Assembly: GCF_000341395.1 (NCBI RefSeq)
Contig: NC_020304.1
Span: 3,840,001-3,872,000, forward strand
DNA: 32,000 bases
Reading direction: 5' to 3'
Source: Desulfocapsa sulfexigens DSM 10523
Lineage (GTDB): Bacteria; Desulfobacterota; Desulfobulbia; Desulfobulbales; Desulfocapsaceae
The first letter of the stretch is position 1; every line of letters starts with the position of its first letter. This document shows positions 1-10,341 of the stretch, in pieces. The notes beneath the pieces were generated by a model, which did no database searches, had not been told where the DNA came from, and saw only the letters and a program-made list of their open reading frames with translations. The position numbers and the translations under genes were made by a program.

Positions 1-1140
1 CTTATAGGAATGAAAACCTGATCGAAAAAGTACCGCAATATTGTTCAGTGCTATTCCTTGCCCACGTAACTCCGCAATCTTTTTCGAAACAAAAGCAGCT
101 TCCTCCCGCTCATCACGTCCCGCAAAAAGTCGGGGCTTAAATTTCCCCTCTATTCTGGTGAAAAGTGTCTTTGCATACTTCTCAACAGCATTAGTCATAA
201 TATCATTGGTAAGGGACAGGATGGGCTGAGTGGAACGATAGTTTTCTTCGAGTTTAATAATTTTTGTTTCCTTAAACACCTTGGGGAAGCGCATGATATT
301 GTAGAAATCTGCCCCCCGAAAGGAGTAGATGGACTGAGAGTCATCCCCCACCACCATCACATTTTCATGACCGTGGGCGAGCAGTCGTACAATATCCGCC
401 TGAATCAAGTTGGTGTCCTGATACTCATCCACCATGATATGTGAATACCTTGCAGCCATCTCCTGTCTGGCCTCGGGAATTTCATCCAGCAGCCGTTTCC
501 AGTTTACCAACAGATCATCGTAATCCATGAGTCCATTATTAAACTTAAACTCTTTATAATACTTTTCCAGATTCAGGATATCATCCACATGTTCACTGAG
601 ATGGGAATAACTTTCGTAAACAAGATCGTCTATGGGGATGGATTTATTCACCGAGCCTGAAAGGATATTAATCAGTACCCTCTTGGTGGGAAACTGTTTG
701 TCACGACCGGTAAGTCCAAGAGACCCCTTTAACAAATTAACAATGCCTTCAGCATCAGCGCGATCAATTATGGTAAAGGAAGAACCGAACCCAAGGTGAT
801 GTCCATGTCTGCGAAGCAGCATATTGGCAATACCGTGAAACGTTCCTCCAACCACGCGACGACAGGTTTCATTGAGAAGCTGGCCGGCACGCCAGAGCAT
901 TTCCTGAGAGGCCTTTCTGGTAAAAGTGAGCAGGAGTATTCTTTCCGGATCAATCCCCTGTTCCAACAGATAGGCAACCCTGTACACCAGAGTTCGTGTT
1001 TTACCACTCCCGGCACCGGCGATGACAAGCAGTGGCCCCTCGGTGCTGGTTACAGCCTCTCGTTGTGAAGCATTGAGTTCATTAAGATTTACTGAAGATT
1101 TCAGAGGATCATTCAGATTGCGAAAGATAGTATTTTTCAT
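1..1140 (-). CDS. UvrD/Rep-family ATP-dependent DNA helicase, N-terminal portion (C-terminus runs off left edge)
   Basis: Reverse-strand reading from ATG at 1140 stays open to the edge; contains Q-motif/Walker A (NASQREAVTSTEGPLLVIAGAGSGKTRTL), motif Ia (LLTFTRKASQEM), DEYQDTN, and GDDSQSIYSFRGA motifs typical of superfamily 1 UvrD/Rep helicases. Not in the supplied ORF track because it is truncated. Confidence 0.93.
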   Translation of the reverse strand, partial: MKNTIFRNLNDPLKSSVNLNELNASQREAVTSTEGPLLVIAGAGSGKTRTLVYRVAYLLEQGIDPERILLLTFTRKASQEMLWRAGQLLNETCRRVVGGTFHGIANMLLRRHGHHLGFGSSFTIIDRADAEGIVNLLKGSLGLTGRDKQFPTKRVLINILSGSVNKSIPIDDLVYESYSHLSEHVDDILNLEKYYKEFKFNNGLMDYDDLLVNWKRLLDEIPEARQEMAARYSHIMVDEYQDTNLIQADIVRLLAHGHENVMVVGDDSQSIYSFRGADFYNIMRFPKVFKETKIIKLEENYRSTQPILSLTNDIMTNAVEKYAKTLFTRIEGKFKPRLFAGRDEREEAAFVSKKIAELRGQGIALNNIAVLFRSGFHSYK

Positions 1141-1261
1141 GGTGGCCACTTTACCACAGAGACTTTTGAGCTGCAACGTCGGTTGACAGAAGAGTCAGGA
1201 AGTTTATAGTGTGGCGCAGACTAAGGAATCATACTTATAACTTTTACAGAGAATCAGAACC

Positions 1262-1654
1262 ATGGATACAAGTACAATCGACGCCCTCTTCACCCCTGAA
1301 GCCCTACAGCAGCTTTTTCCAAAAGAACGTACAAATGATTTTTTTGAAGCCCTCTTCGGTGATGCCGACGAAGGAGCCTATGACATTGAACTGGGATATG
1401 GTGGAGTGAAGGGAAACAATCTGACCATGGAACTTAAACTTCATGAACGCCCTGGATGCTGTCTAGCCTGTAACCTCACTCAGGGTTTACCACAGGTGTT
1501 TAGTCGCCATCCAATTATTAATGTGTCCGGTCTGGTTGCCGACGTCAACAAACTGCTGGGAGACAATGTGAAGTGCAAAGAATGGTCACTTGGCTACACT
1601 GAACAACGCCAAAAAGAGATGCATGTTATTCCAATCAACATCACCCTGGACTGA
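1262..1654 (+). CDS. Small conserved-looking protein of unknown function (130 aa) with a cysteine motif CCLAC
   Basis: Intact ORF, followed directly by a strong terminator, no competing ORF; resembles from memory a small deltaproteobacterial family sometimes mislabelled 'pancreas/duodenum homeobox protein 1' (recall, not searched). Confidence 0.7.
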   Translation: MDTSTIDALFTPEALQQLFPKERTNDFFEALFGDADEGAYDIELGYGGVKGNNLTMELKLHERPGCCLACNLTQGLPQVFSRHPIINVSGLVADVNKLLGDNVKCKEWSLGYTEQRQKEMHVIPINITLD

Positions 1655-1683
1655 TTTCATATTCTGTCCAGTTGCGCAAAAAT

Positions 1684-1720
1684 AAGAAAGGCCGATCCTT
1701 TTTGAGGATCGGCCTTTCTT
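1684..1720. terminator. Bidirectional intrinsic terminator between convergent genes
   Basis: Perfect 16-bp stem aagaaaggccgatcct-ttttg-aggatcggcctttctt between stop codons at 1654 (+) and 1743 (-). Confidence 0.88.
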
Positions 1721-1742
1721 GCTAATACGTAGTACTTGTAAT

Positions 1743-2756
1743 TTAACAAACAGTCACCCTGGAACGACCCTCGGATTTAGCATTATACAGAATATCATCA
1801 ACCCGCTGCATCCACTCATCAAGGTTTTCTTCAAGTCTCCACTGTGTCATACCAATAGACACGCCAAGTTTTGTTTCGGAGTTTGCCCAGATATTCAGTT
1901 CATCTATGGCCAGACAGAGACGCTCGGCCAGAATTCTGGCACTCTTCTCATCGGTATCATCCATAACGAGTATAAACTCATCCCCACCAAAACGTACCAG
2001 CATATCTGTTGACCGGATACCTTCACGAAAAATATCTGCAACCTTCTTGAGAACAACATCACCCTGTTTATGGCCCAGATTATCATTGATCTGTTTGAAA
2101 TGATCAAGGTCAAGAGAGGCCATGGTCAGAGGACGATGATACCGTCTTGCTCCACGCATAATATCCAGAATCCGTTCGTCAAAAACCCGCCTGTTGGCAA
2201 GACCCGTCAGGGCATCTTTCCTCGCACTTTCAAAAAGCTCCTCATATTCGATGCCACGCCTTAGAGACTCTGCCAGGACAAGTAATGATTCATTTATAAG
2301 GCTGATTTCATTGTCAGACAGCGCTTTGTCATTTTTGAGGATAATCAGGATTCCGGCATCTTCAGCAGTCTCAATAAGCCATTTATGGGCATAATGTCCA
2401 TCTTCACTCATATACGCCTTTGCTTCCTGGTCGGCATTATTGAGAATTTTTTCAGCAAAAGCTATGATGGAACGACGTTTAGGGCCGTGCCCTGAACAGA
2501 AGAGATGCTTCTTGGAGCGAACCTGATTTTTATAGCCAACCAACTCGTGCTCAACCTGTGGCATCAACCATACAGAATACGCCTCTATCATTCCGGAAAC
2601 ATCGAGCACGCCAGCCATACGGCCATGCAGTTTGTTCATGAGATCAAGACGTTCTGTCTGTCGCCTGAAATGGTCAAGTTCAACCCAAACCTGATCAAGT
2701 GCGTCACTTTTCTGATCAATAGAAGCTGTGTGCGATATAGACATTTTAATACTCAT
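1743..2756 (-). CDS. Diguanylate cyclase (GGDEF domain) with N-terminal putative sensory region
   Basis: DALTGLANRRVF, DLDHFKQINDNLGHKQGD, RFGGDEF; RxxD (RSTD) five residues upstream of GGDEF fits an inhibitory I-site. Track ORF starts at 2828, but ATG at 2756 (MSIKMSISH) is preceded by AGAGGAAAACATATA, a better start. Confidence 0.9.
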   Translation of the reverse strand: MSIKMSISHTASIDQKSDALDQVWVELDHFRRQTERLDLMNKLHGRMAGVLDVSGMIEAYSVWLMPQVEHELVGYKNQVRSKKHLFCSGHGPKRRSIIAFAEKILNNADQEAKAYMSEDGHYAHKWLIETAEDAGILIILKNDKALSDNEISLINESLLVLAESLRRGIEYEELFESARKDALTGLANRRVFDERILDIMRGARRYHRPLTMASLDLDHFKQINDNLGHKQGDVVLKKVADIFREGIRSTDMLVRFGGDEFILVMDDTDEKSARILAERLCLAIDELNIWANSETKLGVSIGMTQWRLEENLDEWMQRVDDILYNAKSEGRSRVTVC

Positions 2757-3084
2757 TATATGTTTTCCTCTGTATGTTTTCTTACGGTTATTACTTATAT
2801 CGGCAGACAGGAGAAATTCCTTAAGCAACTTCCGTCACTTTTTTATTGAGCAATTGTTATGCCAGAAAGAAACAGCAGTCAACATCAAGACAAAAATGAA
2901 TAAAAATGCATATTATCAAGACATTAGGAAAGGCAGTGAAACGTCACAGGTTTCAGTTCATTTTTTTGACACTCTTTTTCTCGCCTCAACACCCTCTCAA
3001 ATTTCGTCATATTTTTGACTATCCATGGTGAGTTGCTGATCCTTGCTGTAATCGATTTATTTTAACTGTTTTTTTTTCACCCCG

Positions 3085-4200
3085 ATGCTAGACTTGCAGG
3101 CAACTATTCATGTCCAAATCAACCCACATCCCACCATGAAATTAGAATCAATTATTGGTCAGCTTTTCATTCTTGGGTTCAATGGACCATCCATTGATCC
3201 AACCCATCGCATAGTTGCTGACATCCGAGACAGAAATCTCGGGGGAGTAATTCTCTTCGATAAACTCCTTGCAAAAAATGAGGCCAGAAACAATATCACA
3301 GGCCCTGCTCAGGTAAAAAAATTAACCATTTCTCTGCAAGGCCATGCCACCACCCCTCTTCTTGTGGCCATCGATCAGGAAGGCGGGATGGTCAAAAGAT
3401 TGAAAGCCGAAACGGGATTCCCTGAGACTGCCAGCGCCAGTGATTTAGGAGATCATGATGACCCCACACTCACAGCTATTCACGCCGGATGCACAGCTCA
3501 AACCCTTAATCACCTTGGAATAAACTTCAACCTTGCCCCCGTTGTTGATCTCAATATATTCCCTGGCAATCCCGTAATCGGGAAAATTAAACGCAGTTTT
3601 TCCGATGATCCGGAAACGGTTATTCGTCATGCGACGATCTGGATTCAGGAACATAAGAAACTGAATATCCTCTCCTGTCTTAAGCACTTTCCCGGCCATG
3701 GAAGCTCTCGAACTGATTCACATCTGGGATTTACCGACATCAGTACTAGCTGGCAGGAAAAGGAACTCACTCCCTTTAAAAGACTCATAGCCCCTGCCAG
3801 TCAAACGAGAGTGGAAAGTCTGATGCTCGGCCATCTGTTCAACAGGAACCTTGATCCTCAATATCCTGCCACTCTCTCCCGTATTGTTATTCAGGATCTA
3901 CTCCGCACTCAAATTGGCTTTAATGGCGTGGTTATAACCGATGATCTTCAGATGAAAGCCATTACTGACAAATATGGCCTTGAAGAATCTGTCTGCCTTG
4001 CCCTTGCCGCCGGGGCCGATATGGTTATCGTAGGAAACAACCTGGAGTATGACCCAGATTTTCTTAAGAAAATTATTCCTGCTATTATAAGTGCCGTTAA
4101 AGAAAAAAGAATCCCTGAGAGGAGAATTTGTGAAGCCTGGCAGCGTGTCAAAAATATGAAAAAGTACCTTTCCGGATCAAACAGAAAAAGATCAGACTAG
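3085..4200 (+). CDS. Glycoside hydrolase family 3 N-terminal domain protein, beta-N-acetylhexosaminidase-like
   Basis: Contains GGVILFDKLL, LLVAIDQEGGMVKRL, LKHFPGHGSSRTDSHLG, VVITDDLQMKAIT, AAGADMVIVGNN. The start may instead be ATG 3136 (MKLESIIGQLF). Confidence 0.87.
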   Translation: MLDLQATIHVQINPHPTMKLESIIGQLFILGFNGPSIDPTHRIVADIRDRNLGGVILFDKLLAKNEARNNITGPAQVKKLTISLQGHATTPLLVAIDQEGGMVKRLKAETGFPETASASDLGDHDDPTLTAIHAGCTAQTLNHLGINFNLAPVVDLNIFPGNPVIGKIKRSFSDDPETVIRHATIWIQEHKKLNILSCLKHFPGHGSSRTDSHLGFTDISTSWQEKELTPFKRLIAPASQTRVESLMLGHLFNRNLDPQYPATLSRIVIQDLLRTQIGFNGVVITDDLQMKAITDKYGLEESVCLALAAGADMVIVGNNLEYDPDFLKKIIPAIISAVKEKRIPERRICEAWQRVKNMKKYLSGSNRKRSD

Positions 4201-4210
4201 AGGAGATACT

Positions 4211-4624
4211 ATGGAAGTACAGGGACAATACACTGAAGAATCTCATACCCCGGTAATAGGATACATCCTGTGGATTTTTGGGTTTCTTGGTGCCCATCGT
4301 TTTTACTATGGCCGACCAGTTTCAGGAACGCTCTATTTTTTCACCTTCGGTCTCCTGTTTGTCGGATGGATTATAGACCTCTTCCTTATCCCCGGGATGA
4401 ACAGAGAAGCATCCTTCAGATTCCGTCAGGGGCAAATAGACTACAATATCGCCTGGATTCTTCTTACTTTTCTTGGCGTCTTCGGAATACACCGATTTTA
4501 TCAGGGGAAGTGGATATCAGGAATCCTTTATCTTCTAACGGGTGGCTTTTTTCTGATCGGAATTATTTATGACTTCTGGACACTGAATGAGCAGATCAGC
4601 CTGATCAACTACGAAACGACATAG
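4211..4624 (+). CDS. TM2 domain-containing membrane protein with two TM2-like units
   Basis: Two repeats: FGFLGAHRFYYGRPVSGTLYFFTFG.. and LGVFGIHRFYQGKWISGILYLLTGG.., each with paired hydrophobic helices. Confidence 0.85.
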   Translation: MEVQGQYTEESHTPVIGYILWIFGFLGAHRFYYGRPVSGTLYFFTFGLLFVGWIIDLFLIPGMNREASFRFRQGQIDYNIAWILLTFLGVFGIHRFYQGKWISGILYLLTGGFFLIGIIYDFWTLNEQISLINYETT

Positions 4625-4639
4625 TCCTGCCGGCACAAA

Positions 4640-6169
4640 TTACACAGTATCCAGTGTTGAGCGTACCATGGATGCCAGTTTCTGGAGTGTTACCGGTTTA
4701 GTAAACCAGGCTGAAAGCCCTGCAGCTTCCAGTTCTTCTTCCGAGAATTTTGCCTCGTATCCGGAACAGAGAATAACGGGAATGGTTGCTCTCAACTTTT
4801 TCAGTTCAATACACAGCTCGACACCAGTCATATCAGGCATGGTTAAATCGGTGAGAACTAAATCAAAGGAATAGGGGTTACTGGCGAACAGAGTTAATGC
4901 TTTCCGTGGGGAGAGGCAGGTCATTACCTCATACCCCAAAGTTTCCAGTATTTTTTTTGTTACCTCCAGCACAGCTGCCTGATCATCAACCACCAGAACA
5001 CGCTCGGTACCACCTAAACTGGTCACAGGCCCATCTTCTAGAATCATCCCATCACCCACAGGGACAACACAGGGGAAATACAGATGAAAGACTGTCCCAT
5101 TCCCTCTCTCACTTTCCAGCTCAATTCGACCTCCGCATTGAGTAACAATCCCATGAACCATAGCAAGACCAAGCCCTGTTCCCTGGCCCTTTTCCTTAGT
5201 AGTGAAGTAGGGTTCAAATACTCTTTCCTGAAGATCCAGGGAAATGCCGGGGCCACTATCGGCTACGGACAATTCTACCCAGTCACTTCCGTGAATATCA
5301 GGGCTGCTCATAGCGAGCCTCACAGTGATCTTCCCCTGTTCATCACCAATTGCCTGGGCACTGTTTGTGCATAGATTGAGAAGCACCTGGTGCAGTTGAA
5401 CCGGATCAATGGAAACCATTCCACACTCGGGATCCACATCCTCACGCACCTCTATCGTGGCTGGTAATGTAGCACGGAGGAGTTTTATAACCTCCTTCAC
5501 TATGGGGTGCAGATATTGAGGGGTTTCTTTTTGTTCCCGGCTTCTTGAAAAAGTCAATATCTGCTCAACCAGACTTTTTGCTCTTTTGGCTGCAGCAAGA
5601 ATCTCTCCAATAAATTGACCAGAGCTTGAATCAAGATGCTCTTCCCGTTGGGCCATAAGCCGCATGATTTCCGAATAACCGATGATTGGTGTCAGCACAT
5701 TGTTAAAATCATGGGCTATACCGCCGGCCAGAGTTCCAATGGCTTCCATCTTCTGGGCATGACGGAGTTGCTGCTCCGTCTTTCTCTGTTCGGTGCGATC
5801 AAGCAATGTGGTGACAAGACCAACGATTTTGTTATCATCATCTGTTATCGCCGCCTTATTAAAAATGACAAACCGTTCACTTTCTCCCGAACGCTGTACT
5901 GTTGCTTCAAATGTTTCCCTTCCACCGGCATGCAGTATAACACTATCCACTTCCCGGTTTTTCTGTCCAGCCCCTCCTCCCAGTAAGGCGTACAGGTCTG
6001 TAATTTCTCTGGAGTCGAGATGACGAAACCCAAAAAAGGTTCTGAAGGCACGGTTAGCTCCGAGAAAGTCACCATTGGCGTCCTGTATACAGACAGGTGC
6101 AGAAATAGCATCGACCATTTTTTGATCAAAACAAAAAGTATCTTTACTGGAGGATTTTGATTTGCTCAT
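4640..6169 (-). CDS. PAS-domain hybrid sensor histidine kinase with C-terminal receiver (soluble)
   Basis: HisKA GTLAGGIAHDFNNVLTPIIGY, HATPase LVELSVADSGPGIS / GTGLGLAMVHGIV, REC VLVVDDQAAVLEV..LVLTDLTMPDMTG; N-terminal PAS-like segment (ICVQDANGDFLGANRAFRTFFG). No transmembrane segment seen. Confidence 0.92.
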   Translation of the reverse strand: MSKSKSSSKDTFCFDQKMVDAISAPVCIQDANGDFLGANRAFRTFFGFRHLDSREITDLYALLGGGAGQKNREVDSVILHAGGRETFEATVQRSGESERFVIFNKAAITDDDNKIVGLVTTLLDRTEQRKTEQQLRHAQKMEAIGTLAGGIAHDFNNVLTPIIGYSEIMRLMAQREEHLDSSSGQFIGEILAAAKRAKSLVEQILTFSRSREQKETPQYLHPIVKEVIKLLRATLPATIEVREDVDPECGMVSIDPVQLHQVLLNLCTNSAQAIGDEQGKITVRLAMSSPDIHGSDWVELSVADSGPGISLDLQERVFEPYFTTKEKGQGTGLGLAMVHGIVTQCGGRIELESERGNGTVFHLYFPCVVPVGDGMILEDGPVTSLGGTERVLVVDDQAAVLEVTKKILETLGYEVMTCLSPRKALTLFASNPYSFDLVLTDLTMPDMTGVELCIELKKLRATIPVILCSGYEAKFSEEELEAAGLSAWFTKPVTLQKLASMVRSTLDTV

Positions 6170-6173
6170 GGTT

Positions 6174-7211
6174 CTATTTCACTTTGTTATACACTTCCTC
6201 TACCTTCTCATAATTATCCAGAAACAATTCTACAACATAGGGATCAAAATGAACTCCTTTTTGTTCAATAATCACCTTTTTTGCTTCGCTCAATGGCCAC
6301 GCATCCTTATATGGGCGTTTCGATGAAAGAGCATCGAAAACATCACACAGAGCGGCAATGCGTCCCGGAAAAGGGATTTCCTCTTTCTGAAGCCCCAGTG
6401 GGAAGCCTGTTCCGTCCCATTTTTCATGGTGAGTCAGGGCGATAAGGTGGGCCATATTCATAAGCTCATTGTCAGAGCCAAAAAGAAGATCGGCACCAAT
6501 AAGTGTATGCCGTTTCATTTCATCAAATTCATCGGGAGTAAGTGTCCCTTTCTTATGCAATATGGCATCGCTTATACCCAACTTTCCTATATCATGCATG
6601 GCGCTTGCATGGAAGAGAAGAGTCAGTTCATGTTCCGGCATACCATGAGCACGTCCGAGAATCACACAGTAATGCGCCATCCTGGTAATATGACGACTTG
6701 TTTGATGGTCATGATATTCCGCTGCCTGTACAAGTCTGTTGGTAATCTCAATCTGAGTCTCCCGAAGTTCACGTGTTCGTTCAAGAATAATCTCTTCGAG
6801 CTCATCACGATGGCGCTGTAATTCACGTTGAGTCATGCGGAGTGCAATGTGGGTCTGTACTCTTGCCTTGACGATTACCGGGTTTACAGGCTTTACGATA
6901 TAATCAACAGCTCCAAGAAGAAAACCTCGAGTTTCATCCCTCTCCTCGTTCATTGCAGTGACAAAAATAATGGGAATATCTGCAGTTTCACGTTTTGATT
7001 TCAGTCGCTTACACACCTCGTAGCCATCCATTCCAGGCATCATCACATCGAGCAATATAAGATCTGGTTTTTTCTCAATTGCTGCCGCAATCGCATCAAA
7101 CCCACTGGTTGCAACAACAAGACGATAATTATCCCGAAGTGCACCGACAAGAATTTTAATATTAGCTGGAATATCATCGACCAAAAGGATAGTACTTTTC
7201 TGCCTGTTCAC
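6174..7211 (-). CDS. Response regulator with HD-GYP domain (putative cyclic di-GMP phosphodiesterase)
   Basis: REC TILLVDDIPANIK..LILLDVMMPGMDG; HD-GYP motifs HHQTSRHITRMAHY, MHDIGKLGISDAIL, HHEKWDGTGFP. Track ORF starts at ATG 7244; GTG at 7211 preceded by GGGGGA fits better. Confidence 0.93.
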   Translation of the reverse strand: MNRQKSTILLVDDIPANIKILVGALRDNYRLVVATSGFDAIAAAIEKKPDLILLDVMMPGMDGYEVCKRLKSKRETADIPIIFVTAMNEERDETRGFLLGAVDYIVKPVNPVIVKARVQTHIALRMTQRELQRHRDELEEIILERTRELRETQIEITNRLVQAAEYHDHQTSRHITRMAHYCVILGRAHGMPEHELTLLFHASAMHDIGKLGISDAILHKKGTLTPDEFDEMKRHTLIGADLLFGSDNELMNMAHLIALTHHEKWDGTGFPLGLQKEEIPFPGRIAALCDVFDALSSKRPYKDAWPLSEAKKVIIEQKGVHFDPYVVELFLDNYEKVEEVYNKVK

Positions 7212-7212
7212 C

Positions 7213-10200
7213 CTATTCCCCCTGTGACCGAAGACGTTTTTCAATCCGGACTATAAAATCAGCAGCACGCTCAAAATTATAATTACGAAGATGGTTTTCC
7301 ATTCGTGTCATCTCCTCATCAATCCCCTGTCCCTGAAAATCTTCTTTCTTTTCCAACCATAACTCCTCTGACATGGGATCACATTCATCTATCATATCCT
7401 TTAGCCGCCCAAGGGTTCGCAAAAGATCCTCAAGATCAACTGGAATCAGATTTTCCCTTAATTTTTTTTCATTGGCCTTACCTTTGCCACAGAGTGATTC
7501 AAGCTCTGAAACTACAGATTCAAGTGAAAAAAGACTCTTTCTTGTCTCCTCAAGATACTCTTCAAATTGAATGACCGCAGCTGTTGGGTCAGAAGCCTCC
7601 CGATGCTTTTGACTGGCATGAATTTCCTTGAGGAATAATTCAAGCTTCAGACTCACGCCCTGAAGATGGTGCGCTGAAAGATTGGCGGCGGTTCCTTTAA
7701 GGGTATGGATCTCCTTGACGGCATCAAGAATATCTTTTTCAAATATTCCTGGCAATCTCTCAATGACATCATTGCCAAATTCCAGCAAATCACTCAGCAT
7801 CCGGATATAAGCCCTAACATTTCCTGCCATTCTGATAACACCAGATTCTATATGCACTCCGGGGAAAGACTCAGGTAACTCAGGCATTCCGCCTGCCAGT
7901 TGAAAGGCGAACTCTTTTTTATGATATACCGTCTCCATCTGTTCCGGCCTGGTCCACCGGGTCAGTACGGAAAAAAGCAGTTCTGGAGTAATCGGCTTGG
8001 CAACGTAGTCATTCATACCTATTGCCATGCATTTTTCCCGATCTCCCTGCATCGCATGAGCAGTAACGGCAATCACCGGTATTTCAGTCAGTGCAGGGTT
8101 TTCTCTGATTGCTTCAGTGGCCTGAAATCCATCCATCACCGGCATCTGGACGTCCATCAGAACTGCATCAAACTCGTCTCCACGATCTTGTAATATATGA
8201 ACAGCCTCCTGCCCGTTGGTGGCAATTTCAACTATAACTCCAACACTTTCAAGAAGCTCTCTAGCAACATTTTGATTGATCCGGTTATCCTCGGCAAGCA
8301 GAATACGTACCCCAACGAGGTGTTCCGAACTGACTACTCCCTGCCTCGTCTCACGATCGTCAAGGCTTGAATGCATAGCCTCCGGATAATCAAAGATGTC
8401 CATGATTGTATCAAAGAGCAGGGACTGCTTGACAGGTTTTGTAAGGAAATAATTTGCCCCAGCCTCCCTGGCAAGCATCACCTCTCTCTCACCGCCAAAA
8501 GCTGTCATCATAATTATTGGAACACTATCACCACCTTCCATTGCACGAATTTTTTTCACACACTCGACGCCATCAACCTCTGGCATACGCCAATCCATCA
8601 AAATCAAGTTATACTTTTCAATTTTTCCGCCTATTCGCGTTTGAGCTACAGCACAGGAAGAGACCACATCGACATCAAAGTGAAATGATTCCAATATATT
8701 TGAGGTTATGCAGCTGGCAATTTCATTATCTTCAACAATCAGCACCCGGAGTCCCCTGATAGTGGCAGGCACCACATACTGTATTTCCCGTTCAACTGGT
8801 TGCCTGGTGAATTCGGCAGTAAAAAAAACTGTAGTTCCCTCGCCAGCCTTACTCTTTACCCATATATCGCCACCATGAAGACCAACAAGACGGCGACAAA
8901 TGGAAAGGCCCAGTCCGGTTCCGCCATACTCACGGGTCATGGATCCATCAGCCTGAGTAAAAGGTTCAAAAAGAGATTCGTACTGTTCCTCACTTATCCC
9001 CATGCCGGTATCACTGACCGAAAATAGAATTTTCACCATATTATCGGTCTCGGAGTCCACGGTGGCATGAACGAAAACAACACCTTTTTCCGTAAATTTT
9101 ATAGCATTGCCAAGCAGGTTAATAAAAACCTGTTCCATGCGTAACGGATCCCCCCGCAATGCAACCGGGACACCTGCTTCTACACCAATGACAAGTTCTA
9201 TATTTCTCGCGGCTGCCTGGTCACTGAAAAGATCTGCCAGCTTATCAAAAAGCTGATGCAACTGAAAATCGATGCGCTCAAGAGTAATTTTCCCGGCCTC
9301 AATTTTTGAAAAATCCAGAATGTCATTAATTATTGCCAGGAGTGATTCTGCCGAAGATCGTACCGTAAGAAGATATTCACGAAGTTTGGGACTTAATTTT
9401 TTATTGAGTGAAAGACCGACCATGCCAATAATCGCATTCATCGGGGTCCTGATTTCATGGCTCATATTAGCTAGAAAACTGGATTTAGCTTCATTGGCAG
9501 TCTGGGCCTCCACCATGGCACGTTCAAGTTTATCAGTCCGCTCCCGAACCAGATCATGGAGAGAGTCGTTCAAATCCCTCAATTCCGTGTCGCGCTGCTG
9601 TACTGCCTCACGCATAGCCTCAAAAGCTGAAGCCAGTTTTCCGATCTCATCCGTTACCCCGATGGAAATTCGATGCGTAAAATCACCACTTTTCATGGCA
9701 TCGGTTGCATCCACCAATCCATCAAGACGTCTCGTCCAATTCCCAATCCCTTTGAAAATGATAAAAATACCGATGGCTGCGGCCAGGTGTGCCGCAATCA
9801 GTGAGACAAAAGCCTGATGCAACTGCGCCTTACGAACAGCAACGAGAGACAGGGCCACAAGCACTTTTCCAACTTCTTTTGCCTCAAAGGATGTGTCTGA
9901 ATTACCGGCTGACAATGACCAGCCGGTAAAATTTTTATCCGTCTGAAAAACAATGGGATGAGAAACAATCAGTGATCCGCTGTTACTACCACTTTCAATA
10001 AAGGAATCATAGGCAACGGTATCAAGGTTTCGCTTCGCAACAATTTCATTGTCCTTGTTATAGATAATGAGAAACTGTACCTGATCATTCCAGAGAAAAC
10101 CGTCAATAAGCCGGTCGAGTTCCAGCTTGTCCTGGACAATCATTGGCAGCTCTGCGGCCTGAGCAAGCCCCTGCACAATCGCCTCCCCAGATCTTTCCTG

Positions 10201-10338
10201 TTCTTTTTCTATGAGACGGTTCGTCTGATAAATATTGATTGCGGTGGCAAGGGATAAACTCACTGCAACAACAGCCACTACAATAAATGTCGCCTTTGCG
10301 CGAAGAGTAAAGTTTTTGTTAGAGAAAAAGCGTTTCAC
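7213..10338 (-). CDS. Membrane hybrid sensor histidine kinase, architecture TM-periplasmic-TM-HAMP-HisKA-HATPase-REC-REC-HPt (BarA-like layout)
   Basis: Hydrophobic segments [15 protein letters not shown] and [53 protein letters not shown], two receivers ([20 protein letters not shown]; [20 protein letters not shown]), HPt [17 protein letters not shown] start. Confidence 0.94.
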   Translation of the reverse strand: MKRFFSNKNFTLRAKATFIVVAVVAVSLSLATAINIYQTNRLIEKEQERSGEAIVQGLAQAAELPMIVQDKLELDRLIDGFLWNDQVQFLIIYNKDNEIVAKRNLDTVAYDSFIESGSNSGSLIVSHPIVFQTDKNFTGWSLSAGNSDTSFEAKEVGKVLVALSLVAVRKAQLHQAFVSLIAAHLAAAIGIFIIFKGIGNWTRRLDGLVDATDAMKSGDFTHRISIGVTDEIGKLASAFEAMREAVQQRDTELRDLNDSLHDLVRERTDKLERAMVEAQTANEAKSSFLANMSHEIRTPMNAIIGMVGLSLNKKLSPKLREYLLTVRSSAESLLAIINDILDFSKIEAGKITLERIDFQLHQLFDKLADLFSDQAAARNIELVIGVEAGVPVALRGDPLRMEQVFINLLGNAIKFTEKGVVFVHATVDSETDNMVKILFSVSDTGMGISEEQYESLFEPFTQADGSMTREYGGTGLGLSICRRLVGLHGGDIWVKSKAGEGTTVFFTAEFTRQPVEREIQYVVPATIRGLRVLIVEDNEIASCITSNILESFHFDVDVVSSCAVAQTRIGGKIEKYNLILMDWRMPEVDGVECVKKIRAMEGGDSVPIIMMTAFGGEREVMLAREAGANYFLTKPVKQSLLFDTIMDIFDYPEAMHSSLDDRETRQGVVSSEHLVGVRILLAEDNRINQNVARELLESVGVIVEIATNGQEAVHILQDRGDEFDAVLMDVQMPVMDGFQATEAIRENPALTEIPVIAVTAHAMQGDREKCMAIGMNDYVAKPITPELLFSVLTRWTRPEQMETVYHKKEFAFQLAGGMPELPESFPGVHIESGVIRMAGNVRAYIRMLSDLLEFGNDVIERLPGIFEKDILDAVKEIHTLKGTAANLSAHHLQGVSLKLELFLKEIHASQKHREASDPTAAVIQFEEYLEETRKSLFSLESVVSELESLCGKGKANEKKLRENLIPVDLEDLLRTLGRLKDMIDECDPMSEELWLEKKEDFQGQGIDEEMTRMENHLRNYNFERAADFIVRIEKRLRSQGE

Positions 10339-10341
10339 CGG

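Noticed and set aside
2728-3018. 96-aa plus-strand ORF spanning the region before the GH3 gene
   Set aside because: Overlaps the diguanylate cyclase 5' end and AT-rich intergenic sequence; composition and lack of motifs suggest it is spurious.
9272-9817. 181-aa plus-strand ORF
   Set aside because: Antisense to the hybrid kinase HAMP/HisKA region; low-complexity Ser/Arg-rich shadow translation.
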